Shown: one piece after another, positions 46,936-57,203 of the stretch
Numbering within the stretch: position 1 is the first letter of the stretch
Layout of the letters: each line of letters starts with the position of its first letter
Origin: Candidatus Thorarchaeota archaeon
GTDB taxonomy: Archaea; Asgardarchaeota; Thorarchaeia; Thorarchaeales; Thorarchaeaceae
Length of the DNA: 64,000 nucleotides
Assembly: GCA_046482545.1 (NCBI GenBank)
Contig: JAWOEX010000019.1
Span: forward strand, 8,243-72,242
Direction of reading: 5' to 3'
The notes under the pieces: generated by a model
What the model was told of the DNA's origin: nothing
What the model saw: the letters and a program-made list of their open reading frames with translations, nothing else
Database searches by the model: none
Program-made: the position numbers and the translations under genes

Positions 46936-49503
46936 TTGGTTCTGCGAGCAACCAAGCAGGAGTGGACACTCCGTGTAGAAATATTTTCAGATGTGCTCAG
47001 AGATAGGCAACTTGCTTCTTTTTCGGGAAGGATAGAATTTGGGCATAAGCAATCGGGACTACTAGAAATACGCAAGTCTTGGTTCGTGAAATACAACAAG
47101 CCGGTATACATTCGACCCAAGAACTTTCGGGATATTCTTCGAAAAGCTGAGCATATTATTATTCCGCGCCAACAACAGCCTTCCTTTGTTTCTGAACTTG
47201 GGGGCTACCTTGAGCGGATAGAAGCACCTGCTCTAAAAACGCTGCCCGTTTGTGAAAGCTGTCTACGTGAAAAACGCCTTACAGTTTTGTCGAGACGGAA
47301 TGCTGTGAAGACATCGTCTGAACAAGTCATGTGTTTGGCATGTGCAGGAAGGGAGTTGAAGCTCGATATCAGCAGCCTTGGGATTGACCTGTCAAAGGGG
47401 ATGGAACAGTATCTCTTGAATCGCTTGGGAAAAACGAAATCGGTTCCAGACATAATGAGACTGATGTCTCCTGGTTTCGATCCAGCCAGTGATCCGAGTC
47501 TGACCAAGGTTGATGAATTGGAAGCTGGAGAAGTAGTTGAAGGAAGAGCGATTGACGAGCTACCGATTCCGGACGAGCTCAAAGCCGTATTGAAGAAGCA
47601 AGGATTGAACAATCTTCTACCTGTCCAAGAAATCGCAGTCAGGGCTGGTCTGTTTGAAGACGAAGACATGATGATTGTATCTTCCACCTCGTCGGGCAAG
47701 ACTCTTATTGGGGAACTTGCAGGAATTCCAAAAGCTCTTACAGGAAAGAAGCTACTTTACCTTTCTCCCCTCGTTGCACTCACAAACGAAAAATATGAGC
47801 GATTCAAACACAGGTATCGCCAACTTGGCTTGCGAGTAGGCATACGAGTAGGCATGTCCAGAATCGAAGTTGGAGATGAGGGGAAGATTATAGTTGATAC
47901 TGATATATCAAGATCAGACGTCATCTCTGCAACCTACGAAGCCTTAGACTTGATTTTTCGTTCTGGGAAAGCAGAAGAGCTAGGTGATATTGGTACAATC
48001 ATCATAGACGAGATACAAAATCTTGCCGAACCGGAGCGCGGGCCAGAGCTTGATGGTCTCTTAAATCGTCTAGAGATGTATGCCCCCAAAGCCCAGAAAT
48101 TAGCCCTTTCAGCAACTGTAGGAGCACCGTCGTCACTCGCAGATGAGCTTAGACTGAAGTTAGTAGAGTACACCGGCCGGCCAGTTCCTTTGGAAAGACA
48201 TCTTGTGTTCGCAAGGGATGATAAAGACAAATGGCGAATCGTGAGAAGGCTTGTCAGCAGCGAATTCAGGACTACCAGTAGCGCAGGCAAGAAAGGACAA
48301 TCAATTGTGTTCACATTCTCCCGCAAAAGGTGTCATAGGATATCCGATTGGCTTAATGAGCATGGGGTTTCTTCAGCAGTATATCACGGCGGGCTATCCT
48401 ACTACGAACGACGGCGAATCGAGAAATCATACACCAAGCAGCGCTATGCATGTGTTGTGACAACAGCGGCACTTGGTGCGGGGGTAGACTTACCTGCGTC
48501 TCAGGTGATTTTCGAATCTCTAGCTATGGGAGCTAGATGGCTATCGACTGCTGATTTTGAACAGATGCTGGGAAGGGCTGGCAGGCTTGGCAAACACGAT
48601 AGAGGAAAGGTGTACTTGGTAGTGCAGCCGGAACGCAAGTACCACGGGGGCCAGGAGCTAACAGAGGATGAAATTGCATCGGATTTGTTTCGGGGAGAAA
48701 TAGAGGAAGTAGAACCTTTTGCCAATATGGAGCGGAGCGCTGAGCAGATTCTTGCAACGATTTGTTCTTCAGGGGGTATGGAACTGAAGACCGCGGCGAA
48801 GCACTACAGCCAGCTTCTTTCTGCGTCAGTTCCCCCGTCCGATGCTCTCAAGCATCTAGTAAAGAAGCGCATGATACGTGTGAGTGAAGGGAAAGCGATT
48901 CCGACCGACTTGGGAATGGCAACTTCTGTGTCCTTCTTAACCCCGAGCGAAGGGATAGAAGTGCTAAGGATGTCCGAAAGGATGGAACCCTTGGAAATTG
49001 CTGTATCGTTGGAACCTTTCGAAAACATCTATTTCAGCAAGAAGGTACAGAAGGAGATTAATTCAGCTTTTAGAACTCATATGCCCACGAGATTCTTTTC
49101 AGGCGTCTTTCTCGACATCAGCGATGTTGGCGCAGAACATGGTGGTGCAAGTCGCCTTTCGCGATGGATGTTTGAACTGTTCGGACGATGGACTAGAGAT
49201 TTCTTCAAGTGCAAGTGTCCTGACGCTCCAGAATGTGGCCATCCCAAGATAGAATTTGGCAAGTGGGTTGTAGAAAAAAGGAAGAAGGGGCTGAACCCCT
49301 CAGATATTACGCGAAAGCTTCTGAAAGAATATGAGTTATGGGTCTATCCTGGCGATATGCTTTCTTGGCTTGATACAGTAATTCATAATCTGAAAGCCGT
49401 ACAGCGTATTTCCAAGGTCGCTGGTAAGACAGACTTGGAGTCTGCCATCCAAGATCAAATTGCTCGGATAGAACAGCCCTTGGAAGAGGATGACACCAGC
49501 TAG
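46936..49503 (+). CDS. Archaea-specific SF2 DEAD/DEAH-box helicase (COG1202-like)
   Basis: LLPVQ, STSSGKT, DEIQ, LSAT, YHGGL, QMLGRAGR; Cys clusters at the N- and C-termini. Confidence 0.92.
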   Translation: MVLRATKQEWTLRVEIFSDVLRDRQLASFSGRIEFGHKQSGLLEIRKSWFVKYNKPVYIRPKNFRDILRKAEHIIIPRQQQPSFVSELGGYLERIEAPALKTLPVCESCLREKRLTVLSRRNAVKTSSEQVMCLACAGRELKLDISSLGIDLSKGMEQYLLNRLGKTKSVPDIMRLMSPGFDPASDPSLTKVDELEAGEVVEGRAIDELPIPDELKAVLKKQGLNNLLPVQEIAVRAGLFEDEDMMIVSSTSSGKTLIGELAGIPKALTGKKLLYLSPLVALTNEKYERFKHRYRQLGLRVGIRVGMSRIEVGDEGKIIVDTDISRSDVISATYEALDLIFRSGKAEELGDIGTIIIDEIQNLAEPERGPELDGLLNRLEMYAPKAQKLALSATVGAPSSLADELRLKLVEYTGRPVPLERHLVFARDDKDKWRIVRRLVSSEFRTTSSAGKKGQSIVFTFSRKRCHRISDWLNEHGVSSAVYHGGLSYYERRRIEKSYTKQRYACVVTTAALGAGVDLPASQVIFESLAMGARWLSTADFEQMLGRAGRLGKHDRGKVYLVVQPERKYHGGQELTEDEIASDLFRGEIEEVEPFANMERSAEQILATICSSGGMELKTAAKHYSQLLSASVPPSDALKHLVKKRMIRVSEGKAIPTDLGMATSVSFLTPSEGIEVLRMSERMEPLEIAVSLEPFENIYFSKKVQKEINSAFRTHMPTRFFSGVFLDISDVGAEHGGASRLSRWMFELFGRWTRDFFKCKCPDAPECGHPKIEFGKWVVEKRKKGLNPSDITRKLLKEYELWVYPGDMLSWLDTVIHNLKAVQRISKVAGKTDLESAIQDQIARIEQPLEEDDTS

Positions 49504-49528
49504 CGTATCACGGATTGGCTAAATTGGT

Positions 49529-49774
49529 CTAATCCATGCATTCCATTGACACTCTAAGATTCTGCATATCATTCTCGGTTAGGCTGTCGATATTCAGGTC
49601 AAGCCAGCGGTGGAGTTGCTTGCGGAGTTCCTCTTTCGCCGAAAGGTTGCTCATTACGTCTGTTGCATCCTGAGACACAAGCTGGAAGTGGGTGCTTCCA
49701 CAACTGCATGCGCCATCCAGGACCATGTCGATGTCAGTTGATGTTTTCCCGCAGTTACGACATTTGAAAATCAT
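49529..49774 (-). CDS. Zn-ribbon protein (OapC/DUF2072-like)
   Basis: FKCRNCG...LDGACSCGSTHF. Confidence 0.72.
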   Translation of the reverse strand: MIFKCRNCGKTSTDIDMVLDGACSCGSTHFQLVSQDATDVMSNLSAKEELRKQLHRWLDLNIDSLTENDMQNLRVSMECMD

Positions 49775-49950
49775 TGAAAATCCTCTACCATCATCTACCT
49801 CGTTATATCTATAGGGATTGGTAACGCCACGGTATTACTCACTAGGTATTACCCATCAAGTAATGAATAGCAGTTTTGAGGAGCTTCCAATGGAAGGGGG
49901 GCTAGATTTATTTGAATCAAAATAACCGATTGTAGACGGGGCTTATGTGA

Positions 49951-50256
49951 ATGCCCAAGTCTTGTTCACTCTGTAGCAAAAAGACAAGTCTTCGATGTGA
50001 CCGTTGCGGAAATGAATTCTGCATTGACCATGCGGTGAAATGCCGTTCGTGCGGCATGATAATATGCATCAGAGGCCTGCGCCATAGAATCAGCTGTCCT
50101 ACCTGTGGAGAACCACTAGATATCTGTCCTGAGTGTCTAATCAACGGAAAGGTTGTCCGAACCATTCCTGGAACGAAAGTATGTGCCGAGTGTGGCTGGA
50201 ATGGAGGAGAATCAAAAGAACATCAGCAAATACAACAGAATAGCCGCGATGGCTAA
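49951..50256 (+). CDS. Cys-rich multi-zinc-finger protein
   Basis: CSLC, CDRC, CIDH, CRSC, CPTC, CPEC, CAEC. Confidence 0.75.
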   Translation: MPKSCSLCSKKTSLRCDRCGNEFCIDHAVKCRSCGMIICIRGLRHRISCPTCGEPLDICPECLINGKVVRTIPGTKVCAECGWNGGESKEHQQIQQNSRDG

Positions 50257-50466
50257 TATCACTGCTATTGTTTTACCCTTTTCTCCAAAGCCCCAGACAA
50301 TTGGAATTGGGCCAAGGAGCAGGATCCCTTTGCTCTTGACTTCGCTTTCACTTTGCTGAGTTTTCGAACGCCAGATAAGTCCCAGAATCATTAGTGCAAT
50401 TCCCGTTACGATAAGGGAAATCGCTATGAGATAGTAGTCAGGAGCAATTTGCATCATGATACTCAC
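50212..50466 (-). CDS. DUF131 (TIGR00304) membrane protein
   Basis: GILLLGPIPIVWG signature. Confidence 0.85.
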   Translation of the reverse strand: MSIMMQIAPDYYLIAISLIVTGIALMILGLIWRSKTQQSESEVKSKGILLLGPIPIVWGFGEKGKTIAVILAIAAILLYLLMFF

Positions 50467-51050
50467 CTATCACTCTTGGCGGTGGTATCGAATCTCTCGC
50501 TTGGCAACTCAAATTCCATTCGTTCGTAGCCTCCAACTTCCTGTCCATCCAAGGCCCAGAGGACGATTTTGTCGTTATATATCTCATAATCAAGCAAAGT
50601 ATCGACATCAACTACTTGAGTCCCTACTGGGAAGCGCCAAATAATCTCGAAATCATAGGGCGCTGTTTCTTCTTCAATCCATGTTTCAATTCGATTAAGC
50701 CCAGTCTCCAAGTGACCCGCAAAATCTATGAGATATACTACGCTGACGACTTCGGTATCCCCCTTGGTGAAGATATCAACGTAATTTACGACTGACTTCA
50801 CCTTCTGTCCGTTTATCTCCACTCTTTCTTTATCGAGGAAGTACTGCATATTTCCTCCAAGTTTCTCAGCTTCGCTTCTAAGCAAATCATCATCTCTAAG
50901 CACTCCTTTGTAGTAGCCTTCTGGATCATCGTACTCGTAGGTAAGCATCTCATGTACTTCTCCCGAGGTGGAGACAGAGAAGAAGGAAAAAGCATGAACT
51001 GGTCTTACCATTTCAGATCTTATTCTTTCCAATTCTTTCATTGCTACCAC
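50463..51050 (-). CDS. Hypothetical protein
   Basis: Acidic 195 aa ORF in an operon-like arrangement. Confidence 0.75.
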   Translation of the reverse strand: MVAMKELERIRSEMVRPVHAFSFFSVSTSGEVHEMLTYEYDDPEGYYKGVLRDDDLLRSEAEKLGGNMQYFLDKERVEINGQKVKSVVNYVDIFTKGDTEVVSVVYLIDFAGHLETGLNRIETWIEEETAPYDFEIIWRFPVGTQVVDVDTLLDYEIYNDKIVLWALDGQEVGGYERMEFELPSERFDTTAKSDR

Positions 51051-52055
51051 CTATTCAAGCGGAACTGCTTCAACACCATTTTTGCTAAGGTGGTCCGCAA
51101 GAGTTTTTCCGTTTTCAGTAAAACAGTATGTAAGTCTAGGATTTACATTCTTGGCAAAGCGAATCAACCCAGGGAAATCTGTATGAGCACTGAGAGGAAA
51201 TCCCTTCTCTCGGTATTTCCCAAGGGTCCAACCCGAAAGGGAAAGCACAGCCATCTTCTTACGTAATTCTCTGCCTACGTTGTGATCTATTCTTTTTCTC
51301 ACATTGCCTAGCGTATACCGGACGGATGAGCTTACGACAACGCTCTCTCGCGTGAGTAGTTCCGGTGTCTTTTCGTCATTGAGTCTGAAATGCTGAAGCT
51401 TCTTTCCGTGCCTAGCATACATGTCGCAAACAGCATCTATGCTATAATTACCAGTGATGACATCTATACCCGCCCTGTTAAGAAGCGCTATGGCTTCCTG
51501 CGCCTTACCGAGTGAATATGCTTTGAGGACAGGTATCTTTCCTTTTTCCTGTAATCTATTCACCTCTAAGATGATATCGTCGTACACCCGTTCTCTATCC
51601 GGGAAAACCCAGGTTGGTTCGCCGTATGTTGCTTCTGTTACGAGAACATCAGCGTCGGTTGTATCTGCACCCACATGAACCAAGCTATCAACAGTATTGA
51701 AGTCCCCCGTGTATAGAATTGATGGTCCATTTCCAACTTCAATCTTGAACATACTTGAGCCAAGGACGTGGCCTGCGTTCAGAGCTGTGATTCTGAGTTG
51801 ATCAATTGCATATGATTCACCATAGCCTATGGTCAATTTTCTTCCGCGAACAGTCCCTCCTCTTGCCTTTAGTGTATCGAATGTCCCAGCAGTAGCAACC
51901 ACGAATCGCGCAGATTTGAGACCTCCGACATGGTCCATGTGCGAATGCGAGAGTAGCGTTGTTCCACCTTCGAAGCCTGTATCAAGTCCTAGCTTCCTTC
52001 TTCCATAGCGTAAGAGAAATCCATCCCCATGCTTTCTAACGCTGACGCTTGACAT
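51051..52055 (-). CDS. Metallo-beta-lactamase/beta-CASP nuclease
   Basis: SHSHMDH, AGHVLGS, YTGD, EATYG, YSLGKAQE, LSAHTD. Confidence 0.92.
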   Translation of the reverse strand: MSSVSVRKHGDGFLLRYGRRKLGLDTGFEGGTTLLSHSHMDHVGGLKSARFVVATAGTFDTLKARGGTVRGRKLTIGYGESYAIDQLRITALNAGHVLGSSMFKIEVGNGPSILYTGDFNTVDSLVHVGADTTDADVLVTEATYGEPTWVFPDRERVYDDIILEVNRLQEKGKIPVLKAYSLGKAQEAIALLNRAGIDVITGNYSIDAVCDMYARHGKKLQHFRLNDEKTPELLTRESVVVSSSVRYTLGNVRKRIDHNVGRELRKKMAVLSLSGWTLGKYREKGFPLSAHTDFPGLIRFAKNVNPRLTYCFTENGKTLADHLSKNGVEAVPLE

Positions 52056-52111
52056 CCGTTGCCCTATCTCCTATCAGGTTGGACTTAAGAAAAGGATTTC
52101 CACATACCCTT

Positions 52112-53002
52112 TCATAGGATTTTGCGAAAGACTGTATATTCATTCACCTCTGGTTGAACCCCCAAACTCCTTTTGATTGCTTCAACGAATTCCTTCTGTT
52201 CGGGTGGAATCATTGCTAATTCTAGATTTCTGAGTTCTCGTCTAGAGAGATATGCCAAGAAATCTTGAGCAAGTACATCGATGTTAATTTCATCCACTTT
52301 CCACTCTATTGGTCCAAGTATGATCCGTTCTTCTATACGCATGATTTGCCCAACTGCAACAACTTCTGAATCTTGGGATAGGGCATGGACTGTTGTTACA
52401 TCCGGTGATAGCGATATCATTGGTACAAAATGGGTGTGAATAAGATGTCGATCTTGCTTCGAACCCGGGTCAAATGTTCGGCCATGAGATCGACTTGTGG
52501 TGACTTCATATTCGCTGCTTTTGGAATCATTTTGTATTTCCAAACCGGGGAAGACGTAATGATTTATTCCTGATGCAGTTTTGAAACCCAGCTGTTTCAA
52601 AGAGTTGTTCACCCATGACGGAATGCCGCTTCGCAGAGGAAATGGCAAAATATGTTCACTTGCTTCAGGATTAACCAAAGCGGTTACAGACTCTATGGAT
52701 TGGCTGCGAAACCATGGCAAAGAAGACTTGATAAGCTGAAAAAGAAGGTGCCCACGAAATTCACGGTCCAGTCTTACAGATACAAGAGCTAGGTCATGCA
52801 GGAGATTGTTGTGGTATACAATGGTTCCTCCTACTCTCTGATCTGCTATTGATGAAACATAGCTAATTGATTTAGGAAGACGTAAGAACCAAGTTAAACG
52901 GGCATCATCTCCCGCCACCTTTGGATTGTCATGGGGTAAGCTAAGCCAGTCCGCCACTTCGGCTTGTCCTAGTCTCCTACATAGAACTGTTCTATCCTGC
53001 AT
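52112..53002 (-). CDS. Hypothetical protein, GNAT-like fold possible
   Basis: VRLDREFRG and LKQLGF GNAT-like motifs; start moved to 53002 (GAGGT RBS) to avoid overlap with mer. Confidence 0.55.
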   Translation of the reverse strand: MQDRTVLCRRLGQAEVADWLSLPHDNPKVAGDDARLTWFLRLPKSISYVSSIADQRVGGTIVYHNNLLHDLALVSVRLDREFRGHLLFQLIKSSLPWFRSQSIESVTALVNPEASEHILPFPLRSGIPSWVNNSLKQLGFKTASGINHYVFPGLEIQNDSKSSEYEVTTSRSHGRTFDPGSKQDRHLIHTHFVPMISLSPDVTTVHALSQDSEVVAVGQIMRIEERIILGPIEWKVDEINIDVLAQDFLAYLSRRELRNLELAMIPPEQKEFVEAIKRSLGVQPEVNEYTVFRKIL

Positions 53003-53031
53003 TGCTTCTACCTCAAATGGAAGGAATCTCT

Positions 53032-54036
53032 TTAAGTAATCTGTGGGATGATTTCCTCTCCTATTCTTCCTATCGTTTCTTGTTTTTTTGTTCCTATTGG
53101 TGAACCGACGACGAACTGGTCGATTCCAACTTTTGCCAGCTCTCTTATTCGCGATATACATTCGTCAGGAGACCCTACAACAGCAAATGACTCAATCATA
53201 TCTCCGGTGACAGCTTTCGTGGCAGAGGCATAATCGCCCTTTTGCAGGTTGGTTTTGATAGCCTTTTTCTTCCCAACATCTATTCCATGTCGTTCTAAAA
53301 CCCGTTCTGAACTACCGGCTACAATATACGCTACAACAACTCTTGTTTCCAATGGTATCTGCTCTTCTTCATTCAGCAGGCAAAAAGATGAATAACAAAC
53401 AAATTTGAGAGATTCCGAATCGCGGTTGCCTTCTTGTAGAACTGCAGTTATTATTTTTCTAGCAGCTTCCACATCACGAGGATGACTGGCATTCAGTAAA
53501 ATACCGTCTGCAATCATAGACGCGGTCTTCAGCATCTGAGGGCCTTGAGCACCCACATAGATATCTATACCACCATCCCCGATTGTCTTGAGTTCAAGAT
53601 TCAATCCTGCATTGTTGGTGGAAAATACAGAGCCTTCTTTGGTAACCCTTTCTCCACTAAGAAGATGTCTGATTATTTCTACTGCTTCCCTGATTGCCGT
53701 TACGGGTCTCCGTCTTGTAATGCCTATGGATTCAAGAGTAGATTTGTCACCTGCACCAAGACCTAAGATAGCTCTTTCTTGGCTCATTTCTTGAATAGTG
53801 GCAATCGATGATGAAATAGCACACGGATTCATTGTATAGGGGTTGGTCACACCAGGCCCCAGTAGTATATTACTAGTTCTCAAAGCGATAGCACTCAATA
53901 TAGGCCACACTCCATGGTGGTTGTAGTGATCGGTAATCCATACGTTGCTGAATCCATTTTGCTCTGCTACTAGAGCCAGCTGAACTGCTTTGTCAGCTTG
54001 CTTGTCTGGTACGATTTCAAGCGCCATCTCTTCCAT
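53032..54036 (-). CDS. mer: F420-dependent 5,10-methylene-H4MPT reductase (LLM family)
   Basis: WITDHYN, LGPGVTNPY, GLGAGD, GAQGPQML, LLNASHP, VVGSPIG. Confidence 0.88.
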   Translation of the reverse strand: MEEMALEIVPDKQADKAVQLALVAEQNGFSNVWITDHYNHHGVWPILSAIALRTSNILLGPGVTNPYTMNPCAISSSIATIQEMSQERAILGLGAGDKSTLESIGITRRRPVTAIREAVEIIRHLLSGERVTKEGSVFSTNNAGLNLELKTIGDGGIDIYVGAQGPQMLKTASMIADGILLNASHPRDVEAARKIITAVLQEGNRDSESLKFVCYSSFCLLNEEEQIPLETRVVVAYIVAGSSERVLERHGIDVGKKKAIKTNLQKGDYASATKAVTGDMIESFAVVGSPDECISRIRELAKVGIDQFVVGSPIGTKKQETIGRIGEEIIPQIT

Positions 54037-54202
54037 ATCAAGACCTCGTAGATAGTAGTGTGAGTTCCGTGCTGACCTCTACGCTCTTATCATGCTATAT
54101 GTCCTTGGAATTCGTTAATCGATTTTTCATGTCTTTCATGCTCGTATAGTACTATCGAAGGATTTATGCTTCTGTGGAACGATTGATTATAGCAAGGAAA
54201 GG

Positions 54203-55201
54203 GTGTGTTTAGTGCAATCACTTGTCTTAACACAGGACGGGCTGCAACTTGCCGATGTTCCGAGCCCTCCGGTCATGCCGGGTGAAGTGAGGATTGAGGT
54301 TCGTGCCGTTGGCATTTGTGGGACTGACATCGAGATTTGGCGAGGGGACAAGGATGTTTCGTTGCCCTTGGTACTTGGCCACGAGATTAGTGGTGTTGTT
54401 CACAAGAGCTCGGTCGATGAAATTGAAAAGGGCACGATGGTGACAACTGAAGTTGATTTGTCTTGTGGTCGATGCTGGTACTGCAAGCATGATCTTACTC
54501 GTATGTGTTCAAAAAGGAAGACTCTAGGAATCGATGTAGATGGGGGCTTGGCTGAATATGTAAGCGTGCCAGCATCGTTGATACACCCATTGCCAGAAGA
54601 CGTAAGCATACAGAAAGGTATTTTTACGGAACCACTTGCATCAGCAATAGCGACTGTTAGAGCCACTGGTATTGAAGCCGAAGAACCTATAGCTATTATC
54701 GGTAGTGGACGATTAGGACTGTTGATTGCTCAAGTTTACGATGCATACGGTGCCGAAGTCTATCTCGTTGGTAGGAATAAATGGCAGCTTGGTCTTGCGA
54801 GGCGATTGGGACTCAGGAATACGTTGCTTACATCAGAGAACAATTGGAGAGAAACTATCGCTGATGTAACTCAAGGGGCAGGACCTCGGGTTGTTGTGGA
54901 ATGTACCGGAAATTCTCTTGGCCTCCAAATGGCTCTTGAGATAGTCCGAAGCCGCGGCATGGTCGCTCTGAAAAGCTTGCATGGAAAGAAGGTAGGTATA
55001 GATACAGATCAAGTGGTGGCGAATGAATTGAAAATCGTTGGGTCAAGTCATGGGCCATTTGATGAAGCACTTGATATGCTCCAAAAAGGGAGAATTGAGG
55101 TAAAGAGACTGATATCGAAAGAGTTTCCGCTGGAAGAGGGCGAAGAGGCATTTCGCTATTCAAACAAGCCCGAGGCCACGAAGGTCATAGTGAGGATATG
55201 A
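54203..55201 (+). CDS. Zn-dependent alcohol dehydrogenase (MDR, Tdh-like)
   Basis: GICGTD, LGHE, CGRCWYC..C, GSGRLG. Confidence 0.93.
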   Translation: MCLVQSLVLTQDGLQLADVPSPPVMPGEVRIEVRAVGICGTDIEIWRGDKDVSLPLVLGHEISGVVHKSSVDEIEKGTMVTTEVDLSCGRCWYCKHDLTRMCSKRKTLGIDVDGGLAEYVSVPASLIHPLPEDVSIQKGIFTEPLASAIATVRATGIEAEEPIAIIGSGRLGLLIAQVYDAYGAEVYLVGRNKWQLGLARRLGLRNTLLTSENNWRETIADVTQGAGPRVVVECTGNSLGLQMALEIVRSRGMVALKSLHGKKVGIDTDQVVANELKIVGSSHGPFDEALDMLQKGRIEVKRLISKEFPLEEGEEAFRYSNKPEATKVIVRI

Positions 55202-55209
55202 AATTCTAA

Positions 55210-56481
55210 ATGACGAGCTTATTTGACACTGATTTGCATCTCCATTCTTCTCATTCAATCGGTGTGAGTCCGCGAATGTCAATTCCTAACATGGCACTCG
55301 CAGCCCAGAAAAAGGGTCTAAACATTCTAGGAACGGGCGATGTTACTCAACCGGATTGGAAGGAGCACTTGCAAAAGAATCTCACTTATGAATCTGGGGC
55401 CTTCAGACATGAACAAATCGCGTTTGTTCTAACCACTGAGCTCGAAGATGAGAACTCTGTACACCATCTTGTGCTCCTACCTGATTTTGATGCTGTAGAT
55501 GAACTCGTTGGTCTTATTCAACCTCACACTCCAAATATTAATGATGAATGGACCGGTCGCCCCCGAGTCAATTCCAGTGCTGAAAGGCTGGCGGGAATTG
55601 TACGAGATGTTGGAGGAATGATTGGCCCTGCCCACGCCTTTACGCCTTTCCGGTCAATCTTCAGACAAGGTCAGAATGAAAACCTTCGTGATTGCTACGG
55701 TGCTGAAAGTGATAACATCAAGTTCTTGGAGCTCGGGCTCTCTGCCGATACAGCTTTAGCTGACCACATACCGGAGCTAAGGTCACTGACTTACGTGACT
55801 TCGAGTGATGCTCATTCTCCTTCTCCCGACAAAATCGGGCGCGAGTTTCTGCGGTTGAAGCTGGAGAACCCCTCTTATCACGAGATTTCGTTTGCACTCC
55901 GTAGAAAACAAGGTAGAAGACCCGTGGCAAACTACGGCCTGAATCCACGATTGGGGAAATACTACCTATCTTTCTGTCCCACCTGCAGAAGGACATTGGT
56001 TATGGTCCAAGATTCAACTTTCTCAAGTTATGATGATCTTAACATCTACATTCCCTGTATTTCTTCAGGTGAGCGGAAAGGAATAGTGGAGAATATTGCC
56101 AAGAAAAAGCTGAAGTGCCCTGCTGATGGGGCTGCTATTCGCCTTGGTGTAAGAGATCGGGCTATGGCAATTGGTGAGGCCAAATCAGTTTCTCCCACTC
56201 ATCGACCACCATATCACCATATTCCTCCTCTTCTCGATTTGGTTGCTGATGCGCTGGAAATTAAATCGCGAACCTCCAAAACAGTTAGGTCACTCTACTC
56301 CAAATTGAGAGAACATTTCGGAGACGAAATAGAAATATTAACACAAACTGATACTGAATTGATTCACAAAATTGATGTCAAAATTTCTTGGATGATTGAC
56401 TCCTTTAGGAAAGGTAATATCGAATATCAGGCAGGTGGTGGTGGCCGATATGGAAAGCTCATAGGTCCATGGATGGAATGA
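55210..56481 (+). CDS. Endonuclease Q family (PHP domain, TIGR00375)
   Basis: DLHLHS, GTGD, GPAHAFTP, LELGLSAD, SDAHS, LGKY, HRPPY, GGGGRYG. Confidence 0.9.
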   Translation: MTSLFDTDLHLHSSHSIGVSPRMSIPNMALAAQKKGLNILGTGDVTQPDWKEHLQKNLTYESGAFRHEQIAFVLTTELEDENSVHHLVLLPDFDAVDELVGLIQPHTPNINDEWTGRPRVNSSAERLAGIVRDVGGMIGPAHAFTPFRSIFRQGQNENLRDCYGAESDNIKFLELGLSADTALADHIPELRSLTYVTSSDAHSPSPDKIGREFLRLKLENPSYHEISFALRRKQGRRPVANYGLNPRLGKYYLSFCPTCRRTLVMVQDSTFSSYDDLNIYIPCISSGERKGIVENIAKKKLKCPADGAAIRLGVRDRAMAIGEAKSVSPTHRPPYHHIPPLLDLVADALEIKSRTSKTVRSLYSKLREHFGDEIEILTQTDTELIHKIDVKISWMIDSFRKGNIEYQAGGGGRYGKLIGPWME

Positions 56482-56487
56482 ATTGCT

Positions 56488-56790
56488 ATGACTGTTGTAA
56501 AAGGAACAATTCGTGAAATACTGAAAAGTGACAGTCGACGGGTTGCTACGCATCGTTGGTATGCATATACTGATTTTGTGCTTCAGAATGGAGGAGGTAA
56601 AACATACAGGGTGCGACTGTCTTCGAAAACAATGAAGCGCTGTAATTTTCTTCCAAGAGCAGGAATAGACGTAATCTTGGATGGCTATGTTGAGACAGCT
56701 GAATATGGGCTTTCCGATTATTTTGTATCCCGTGTTAAGCACATTAGAAGGAAGGATTCTGACATTAGGAGTGTCCATAAACCAGACTAG
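56488..56790 (+). CDS. Hypothetical protein (OB-fold-like)
   Basis: 100 aa beta-rich ORF directly after EndoQ. Confidence 0.6.
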   Translation: MTVVKGTIREILKSDSRRVATHRWYAYTDFVLQNGGGKTYRVRLSSKTMKRCNFLPRAGIDVILDGYVETAEYGLSDYFVSRVKHIRRKDSDIRSVHKPD

Positions 56791-56795
56791 TTCCT

Positions 56796-57098
56796 CTAGC
56801 GATCCTTTTCAACTATGGTATACGCCGGCATCCGAATCCACTCAGAGTTGCACTCAGGGCATTTGGAAGGTGTGTCTGGTCTCCTGCGACTGCGAAAAAC
56901 GAATCCGCAATCACTGCAACTGGCGGGCCGCATGAGCAGTTCCTTCCCCTCATTTTGAACACTTTTTGCTATGTGAGTGAGATCCTCATAGATTCTTGAA
57001 AGACTTTCCAGTTCAAGAATATCACGTATATCGGATGCTGTAAGTGGTTGATCTATCTCTTCGAGGAGACCTGCGATTCGTTGACGACGGGTAGGCAT
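56796..57098 (-). CDS. HTH plus Zn-ribbon transcriptional regulator (COG3357-like)
   Basis: MPTRRQRI, YEDLTHIAKS, CSDCGFVF, PSKCPECNSEWI. Confidence 0.88.
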   Translation of the reverse strand: MPTRRQRIAGLLEEIDQPLTASDIRDILELESLSRIYEDLTHIAKSVQNEGKELLMRPASCSDCGFVFRSRRRPDTPSKCPECNSEWIRMPAYTIVEKDR

Positions 57099-57203
57099 TT
57101 GATTGATTACCTCTTGACCGGATGGATGGTATGTCTCCGGGGATAGTGATAATTTAAAAATCGCAAAATAAACGTATTGTGATGAGTAGGTGAGTACCAA
57201 GGA

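Noticed and set aside
53003-53161. N-terminal basic extension of the 52112-53161 ORF
   Set aside because: It overlaps the 3' end of mer on the same strand; ATG 53002 with an RBS is the more plausible start.
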